A stretch of 46,927 nucleotides of DNA, taken from assembly GCA_043743315.1 (NCBI GenBank), contig JAYTWS010000176.1:1-46927 (forward strand), read 5' to 3'. Numbering within the stretch: the first letter of the stretch is position 1; every line of letters begins with the position of its first letter. Origin of the DNA: Chloroflexota bacterium (GTDB lineage: Bacteria > Chloroflexota > Limnocylindria > Limnocylindrales > CSP1-4). Shown in pieces: positions 42,071 through 46,927 of this stretch. Under the pieces are notes generated by a model. It saw only the letters and a list, made by a program, of their open reading frames with translations. It searched no databases and was not told the origin of the DNA. A program made the position numbers and the translations under genes.

Positions 42071-42562
42071 ATGGCAGGAGATGTCTCCTTCGACGTCGTC
42101 AGTGAATTCGATGTCATGGAATTGCGTAACGCTCTGGACCAGGTCCGGCGCGAAGTTGGGCAGCGCTACGACTTCAAGGGCGCGACCGTCGAGATCGAAC
42201 AGTCACCGACCGAGGTGACGGTCGTCACGGATACGGATTTCCGCGCCGGTGCGGTCAAGGACCTGATCGAATCGAAGGCGGTCCGACGTAATCTGTCACT
42301 CAAGATCTTCGACTGGGGCAAGGTCGAGCCGATCGGCGGCAACCGGGTGCGTCAGAAGGTGACCCTTCGGCAGGGTCTGACCGACGAGTTGGCCAAGAAG
42401 CTGGCGCGCCTCATTCGCGAGGAGTTCCCGAAGGTCAAGTCGCAGATCCAGGGCGACGCGCTGCGGGTCTCCGGCAAGAACAAGGACGACCTCCAGCGGG
42501 TGATCACGCGATTCCGGGATCTCGACGAGGTCGTTCCCCTCCAGTTTCAGAACTACCGGTAG
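42071..42562 (+). CDS. yajQ: YajQ family nucleotide-binding protein
   Basis: SFDVVS, RYDFKG, IQGDALRVSGK, DDLQ, PLQFQNYR; AAGGAGG RBS. Confidence 0.96.
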   Translation: MAGDVSFDVVSEFDVMELRNALDQVRREVGQRYDFKGATVEIEQSPTEVTVVTDTDFRAGAVKDLIESKAVRRNLSLKIFDWGKVEPIGGNRVRQKVTLRQGLTDELAKKLARLIREEFPKVKSQIQGDALRVSGKNKDDLQRVITRFRDLDEVVPLQFQNYR

Positions 42563-42568
42563 CGGCCG

Positions 42569-42670
42569 ATGATGCCTGGGGCTCGGTTCAGCCGGGTGAT
42601 CGTCGGCCTTGTGGCGACGGTCCTGATCCTCAGCATGCTCCTCGGTGCGCTCCCGGCGCCCGGGATCTGA
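42569..42670 (+). CDS. Small single-pass membrane protein (33 aa), below ORF-track cutoff
   Basis: MMPGARFSRVIVGLVATVLILSMLLGALPAPGI; fills the gap; TGATG overlap with next gene. Confidence 0.65.
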   Translation: MMPGARFSRVIVGLVATVLILSMLLGALPAPGI

Positions 42671-44529
42671 TGGAACCCACCGAGCCGGACATGCTGGGCG
42701 CCACCTCGGTCTCGGAGCTGCCGGACGCCATAGCCAACGTGGCGGACGTTGCGTCGGCCCCGCCGGACGCGGAACCTGAAACGCCGAAGGCGGCGGTGCC
42801 GACGCCAGAAGCCACACCCGAACTTGCCGAGATGACGGACCCTGGCGATCGCCTGCCTGATGCCCCCGTCGACGCGCCAGTCACGGTCGGCCGGATGATC
42901 GCCGACGCGCTACGGCGGGCGGGCGTTCGGTGGGCGTTCATGGTCCCGGGCGAGAGCTTCCTCGGTTTGATCGACGGGCTCATCGGGGCAGGCATCCACG
43001 TCGTGGCAGCACGTCATGAGGGTGCGGCCGCATTCATGGCCGAGGCCCATGCGCAGCTGACCGGCCGGCCGGCCGCATGCCTCGGCACCCGTGCGGTCGG
43101 CGCCGCGAACCTCTCGATCGGCATCCATACGGCGACCGCCGATTCCAGTCCCATGTTCGCCCTGATCGGGCAGGTGGAACGAGGTTCGCGAGGCCGCGAA
43201 GGGTTCCAGGAGGTCGACCTGGCGACCACGATCGGCGGACTCGCCAAGTGGGCCGCGGAACCTCGCGATGTGGAGGGCGCAGTCGCCGCGACGGCGCGCG
43301 CAATCAGCGAAGCTGTGTCCGGGCGCCCCGGACCGGTGGTCCTGGCCCTATCCGAGGATCTCCTTGATGCCCATGTTCCGAACGGCCTCGTTCCGGACGT
43401 TCCGCGCGCGACGCCGCGTCGTCCCGAGGATGACGAGGTTGCCGCCGTGCTTCATCTGCTCGCGAACGCAAGGGATCCGGTGATCCTCGCGGGTGGGGGC
43501 GTGCTCCGCGCTCGTACTTCCAATGACCTCGTGCGTCTCGCCGAGCTATTGCGGGTTCCGGTGATCGCAGCATGGCGGCGCGGTGACGTCATCTCCAACG
43601 ATCATCCCCTCTACCTCGGGATGACCGGGTACGGGGCTGCGCCCACGGTCCGGGAGCGCCTCGAGCGGGCGGACGCGATGCTCGTGATCGGGTGCCGTCT
43701 GAATGAGATCACCTCCTACGAGTGGTCGATTCCGAGCCCCTCGACACAGTGGGCGCACGTGGACATTGCACCGGAGCGGCCCGCGCGTGACCTGCCAGGT
43801 GCGACGATCCGGGTCGAATCGGACGCGAAGCTGTTCCTGCGCGCGGCTGTGGCCCGTTTGGAACGCGGCGCCGTGCTCGACGCGGCGAGTACCGATGTGC
43901 GCGTGGGTCGCAACGCGGACGATCGCGCCGCCTGGGAAGCGTCAACGGTCATCGACGCCCATCCCTGGTCCGGACCGGGCATCCACCCCGGTCGTGTCGT
44001 GATGGCTCTTCGGTCCGCACTCCCGGAGGACACGATCCTGACGACCGATGCCGGCAGCTTCGGGAGCTGGGTCGCGCGAGGGTTTCGCTTCCGGCGACCT
44101 GGCACATTCCTCGGGCCGACATCTGGCGCCATGGGCTATGGGCTTCCCGCGGCGATTGCCGCTGGTCTCGTCCATCGCGATCGTGCGGTGGTGGCCGTGG
44201 TCGGGGACGGGGGTCTGGGAATGACCGTCGCGGAATTAGAGACGGCGGTTCGGCATGGGCTGCGTACGGTGGTCCTGTGCTTCGACAACGAGCAGTACGG
44301 GATGATCCGGACCCATCAGGACCGTCGAGTCGAGGGTTCTGCCGCAGGGACGGATCTCGGCCCGGTGGACTGGGCGGCGGTCGCTCGCGGATTCGGGGCG
44401 AACGGCGTGCGAGTCGAGACGGACGACGCGTTCGGACCCGCTCTCCAGGCGGCCCTGGTGGCCGATCGCCCGACGGTGATCCACCTCCTGATGGATCGAC
44501 GATGGACCGGGGTCGACGCGCGACCCTGA
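42670..44529 (+). CDS. Thiamine-diphosphate-dependent enzyme (acetolactate synthase-like superfamily)
   Basis: PGES, RHEGAAAFMA, FQEVD, GAMGYG, GDGG...N ThDP motif. Confidence 0.9.
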   Translation: MEPTEPDMLGATSVSELPDAIANVADVASAPPDAEPETPKAAVPTPEATPELAEMTDPGDRLPDAPVDAPVTVGRMIADALRRAGVRWAFMVPGESFLGLIDGLIGAGIHVVAARHEGAAAFMAEAHAQLTGRPAACLGTRAVGAANLSIGIHTATADSSPMFALIGQVERGSRGREGFQEVDLATTIGGLAKWAAEPRDVEGAVAATARAISEAVSGRPGPVVLALSEDLLDAHVPNGLVPDVPRATPRRPEDDEVAAVLHLLANARDPVILAGGGVLRARTSNDLVRLAELLRVPVIAAWRRGDVISNDHPLYLGMTGYGAAPTVRERLERADAMLVIGCRLNEITSYEWSIPSPSTQWAHVDIAPERPARDLPGATIRVESDAKLFLRAAVARLERGAVLDAASTDVRVGRNADDRAAWEASTVIDAHPWSGPGIHPGRVVMALRSALPEDTILTTDAGSFGSWVARGFRFRRPGTFLGPTSGAMGYGLPAAIAAGLVHRDRAVVAVVGDGGLGMTVAELETAVRHGLRTVVLCFDNEQYGMIRTHQDRRVEGSAAGTDLGPVDWAAVARGFGANGVRVETDDAFGPALQAALVADRPTVIHLLMDRRWTGVDARP

Positions 44530-44619
44530 TCGCCTGGACAGCGTTCCTGCAGAAGCTCCTCATCCGCGGTTCCCCGACTTGCTAGCATGCCCGGGTCGAT
44601 CCGGGCAGCGGAGTTTGTG

Positions 44620-45105
44620 GTGAGTGAGCGTCCCGACCCCTATACGATTCTGGGCGTGTCGCCGGATGCCGCGCCGGCCGCGATCCGCAAGGCCTATCAC
44701 GATCGAGCGCGAGCGACCCATCCCGACCTCATCGGCGATTCGGGACTGGCGACCATGCGCAGCATCAATCTCGCCTGGGACACGCTCCGGGATCCTGTGC
44801 GCCGGGCAGCCTATGACACGTCCCGCCGCCTCGCGGGATTTGGCGGCCGGGATCATCCACGACAGCCCGACTGGACCGGTGCCGCCGGCCGTCCACCCGG
44901 CCGTCCATCCGGCAGCCGCGTTGGCTTCGGGCTGTACTCCGGATGGACCCTTGGCGAGATCGCCCGTCATGACAACGGCTACCTGATGTGGCTCGCCGAT
45001 CGTCCTGAGGGCCGGCCGTTCTCGGCAGAAATCCGCGGCATCCTCGAGGCCATGCGACCCGCCGCGCCCGACCTGGACCGCACCAAGCCGCGCTGGCGCC
45101 GCTGA
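44620..45105 (+). CDS. J-domain protein with small C-terminal domain
   Basis: DPYTILGV, IRKAY, HPD, RRAAYD; GTG 44620 after GGAG; TGcTAGCAT at 44580. Confidence 0.85.
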   Translation: MSERPDPYTILGVSPDAAPAAIRKAYHDRARATHPDLIGDSGLATMRSINLAWDTLRDPVRRAAYDTSRRLAGFGGRDHPRQPDWTGAAGRPPGRPSGSRVGFGLYSGWTLGEIARHDNGYLMWLADRPEGRPFSAEIRGILEAMRPAAPDLDRTKPRWRR

Positions 45106-45112
45106 CCGACCA

Positions 45113-45358
45113 GTCGCCCAACGGCGCGTCGGCCTGGCGACGCAGCTCGTGGGTGGGCTCGAGGCGGGGCTTCTTGCAGTCGGATGTCGGCGCGCGCGAG
45201 TCGTGGATGAGGGCGGACCGGGCAGCGCGGCGTTCTGGGCGGCCGTCGGGTATCGGCGGGACCAGGCCGGCTACCTCGCACGAAGCCTGAATCCGGAGCC
45301 GTCTGTCGATGGCGCATCGAGCGACGATGCGCTCGCCACGCGGGACCGATCCGACTGA
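45113..45358 (+). pseudogene. GNAT acetyltransferase C-terminal fragment
   Basis: QRRVGLATQLV (motif A-like) and AAFWAAVGY; no room or start for the N-terminal half. Confidence 0.5.
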
Positions 45359-45434
45359 TCCGGGTCAGCGGCTCGTCAAGGGCGCGCGCCGAGCCAGTTG
45401 CTCGTCAGGGCATTGACCCCGGGTCTGCTGATCG

Positions 45435-45626
45435 TCAGGGCCGTGGCCCAGGTCCGCTGCGTGGACGTCGCTTCGGGGGATCGATGGCTGCCTTCGCCTG
45501 GGCGTCCTGGATCTGCTTGAAGACCTTGCCCATACCCGGTTTCATGAGCGCGCGTCGCTCGGCATCCAGATCCTGGTTTCGTCGTCGGATCCGGTCGGCC
45601 TCGCGTGGGTCAATGTCCTCGGACAA
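45435..45626 (-). CDS. Small charged hypothetical protein (63 aa)
   Basis: TTG start; GC3-rich codons; helical charged sequence. Confidence 0.55.
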   Translation of the reverse strand: MSEDIDPREADRIRRRNQDLDAERRALMKPGMGKVFKQIQDAQAKAAIDPPKRRPRSGPGPRP

Positions 45627-45629
45627 CGG

Positions 45630-45765
45630 TCACCCGATCAGCCACGTCACGAGTACCGTGATCGAAGGCGTGAGCCGGTCGCATGACCCAGACGCTCTCG
45701 AGCAGGAAGAAATAGGCATGGCCTGCCACGGTTGCGAGGGAGGCGGCGATGTCGATCGGGTGCAC
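45630..45765 (-). pseudogene. Possible internally deleted DUF1304-like membrane protein relic
   Basis: MHPIDIAASLATVAGHAYFFLLESVWVMRP in one frame, LTPSITVLVTWLIG-stop in another. Confidence 0.4.
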
Positions 45766-45865
45766 CCCCGCAGCATAGACTGCATGCAAGCGCCGATGGC
45801 ACGGACGCTGGTCGCGTCGGCGACCTACTGGGCGGCCTCAGTCGCGATGAACGCGCGACGCCCGA

Positions 45866-46129
45866 TCAGCCGCCGGATACCGCAGGGATGATGTGGACCG
45901 TGGCGCTATCGGGCACCACCGTTTCGAGGCCGGCTCGACCGCCATCGACGTAGACATTGAGGTGCGTCCGCAGCACCGGCCCCGAGTCGACGAGACGGTT
46001 GCGGATCCCCGGGACCTGCTCATCCAGCCGGTCGATCACCTCGGCGACGGTTGCCCCCTTCACCTCGAACCGGCGCGCTGCCCCGGGAAAGAGCGCTGCG
46101 AGCGATCGGGGCAGGTGGACGTCGGTCAA
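45866..46129 (-). CDS. MoaD/ThiS ubiquitin-like protein
   Basis: 87 aa beta-grasp pattern, GATVAEV, C-terminal IIPAVSGG. Confidence 0.92.
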   Translation of the reverse strand: MTDVHLPRSLAALFPGAARRFEVKGATVAEVIDRLDEQVPGIRNRLVDSGPVLRTHLNVYVDGGRAGLETVVPDSATVHIIPAVSGG

Positions 46130-46138
46130 GAGTGCGGG

Positions 46139-46927
46139 TCAGTCGAGGATGGCGGCGTCGACCGACCAGATCGGTGGCAGGTTGTCGGCCACGAGCTGCC
46201 ACGAGCGGCCCTCGTCGTTGCTGCCGTAGAGCTGGCCGGTCGAGGTCCCGAAGTACACGCCGACCGGATCGAGCCCATCGACGGCCATCGCCTCACGCAG
46301 GACGCCGATGAAGGCGTCCTTCTGGGGCAGGCCCTCGCCGGATCGCGTCCACGAATCGCCGCCATCGTGGGTCCGCCACACCCCGGTGCTTCCGCCAGGC
46401 ACATATCGACCCTGATCCGCTCCATTCAGTGGAATGGTCCAGACCGTCATCGGGTCGCGAGGGTGGGCGGCCATCGGGAACCCGAAATCAGACGGTAGCC
46501 CAGCGGTGATTTCGTCCCAGCTCTTGCCGCCGTTGAGGGATCGATAGACGCCGCAATGGTTCTGCTGGTACAGGTGCTCGCCGCCATCGGCCGCCATGAC
46601 GAGCTTGTGGACGCACTGGCCGTACTCGGGGTACCGATCCGGCGAGAATTCAGCCCGGACGCCACGGTTCCTGGTTTCCCACGTCGCCCCGCCGTCCCGC
46701 GTCTCGAACGCACCGACGGACGAGATCCCGACCCACACGCGCTCGGGATCAGCCCGATGGGGGACGATGGAATGCAGTATCAGGCCGCCGGCGCCGCCGA
46801 CCCACTCGGGTCGCGTCGGGTGGTTCGTCAACCCTTCGATGTGCTCCCAGGTCGCACCGTTGTCGCGGCTGCGGAAGAGCCCGGCAGGCTCGACGCCGGC
46901 ATAGATCACGCCTTCGGCGGCCGTGAC
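46139..46927 (-). CDS. BNR/Asp-box beta-propeller protein (partial; start lies beyond window)
   Basis: Repeated S/T-x-D-x-G-x-T/S-W boxes (SRDNGATW, TRDGGATW, THDGGDSW, SNDEGRSW); frame open to window edge. Confidence 0.88.
   Translation of the reverse strand, partial: VTAAEGVIYAGVEPAGLFRSRDNGATWEHIEGLTNHPTRPEWVGGAGGLILHSIVPHRADPERVWVGISSVGAFETRDGGATWETRNRGVRAEFSPDRYPEYGQCVHKLVMAADGGEHLYQQNHCGVYRSLNGGKSWDEITAGLPSDFGFPMAAHPRDPMTVWTIPLNGADQGRYVPGGSTGVWRTHDGGDSWTRSGEGLPQKDAFIGVLREAMAVDGLDPVGVYFGTSTGQLYGSNDEGRSWQLVADNLPPIWSVDAAILD

Noticed and set aside
42670-44529. Calling the ThDP enzyme ilvB
   Set aside because: No small subunit or ilv genes adjacent; the specific reaction cannot be assigned from motifs
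12-44563. Many long antisense and alternate-frame ORFs (e.g. 12..1700, 22027..23619, 33163..35337)
   Set aside because: Shadow ORFs expected in high-GC DNA opposite well-supported genes; Arg/Pro/Gly-rich with no motifs

Overview
High-GC (roughly 70% by eye, not computed) bacterial core-genome window, almost all on the + strand. Gene order: smc-ftsY-lipoprotein-ffh-membrane protein-rpsP-khpA-rimM-trmD-rplS-rnhB-yraN-rpsB-tsf-pyrH-frr-uppS-cdsA-dxr-rseP-ispG-nusA-ylxR-infB-rbfA-DHH-truB-ribF-like-rpsO-pnp, a 0.7-kb repeat-rich gap, then asd-udg-rnj-ftsK-rodZ-cinA-murC-like-NTF2-yajQ-small ORF-ThDP enzyme-J-domain protein, ending in a convergent minus-strand group (small ORF, gene relic, MoaD/ThiS, BNR propeller). 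Gene set and protein style suggest a monoderm lineage, probably Chloroflexota (inference). The standout is PNPase (860 aa): a complete ~160-aa DEDDh/DnaQ-type 3'-5' exonuclease domain with all catalytic residues sits in frame inside its alpha-helical domain, between intact RNase PH domains, so one chain may carry both phosphorolytic and hydrolytic nuclease sites. Other oddities: RNase HII lacking the GRG motif, RibF with a degenerate kinase half, a degenerate SMC hinge, RodZ with extra Ig-like domains, a J-domain fusion, an unannotated 33-aa membrane peptide, and several repeat types between pnp and asd. No CRISPR, tRNA, rRNA or transposase was recognised. All family calls are from motif recognition, with no database search.
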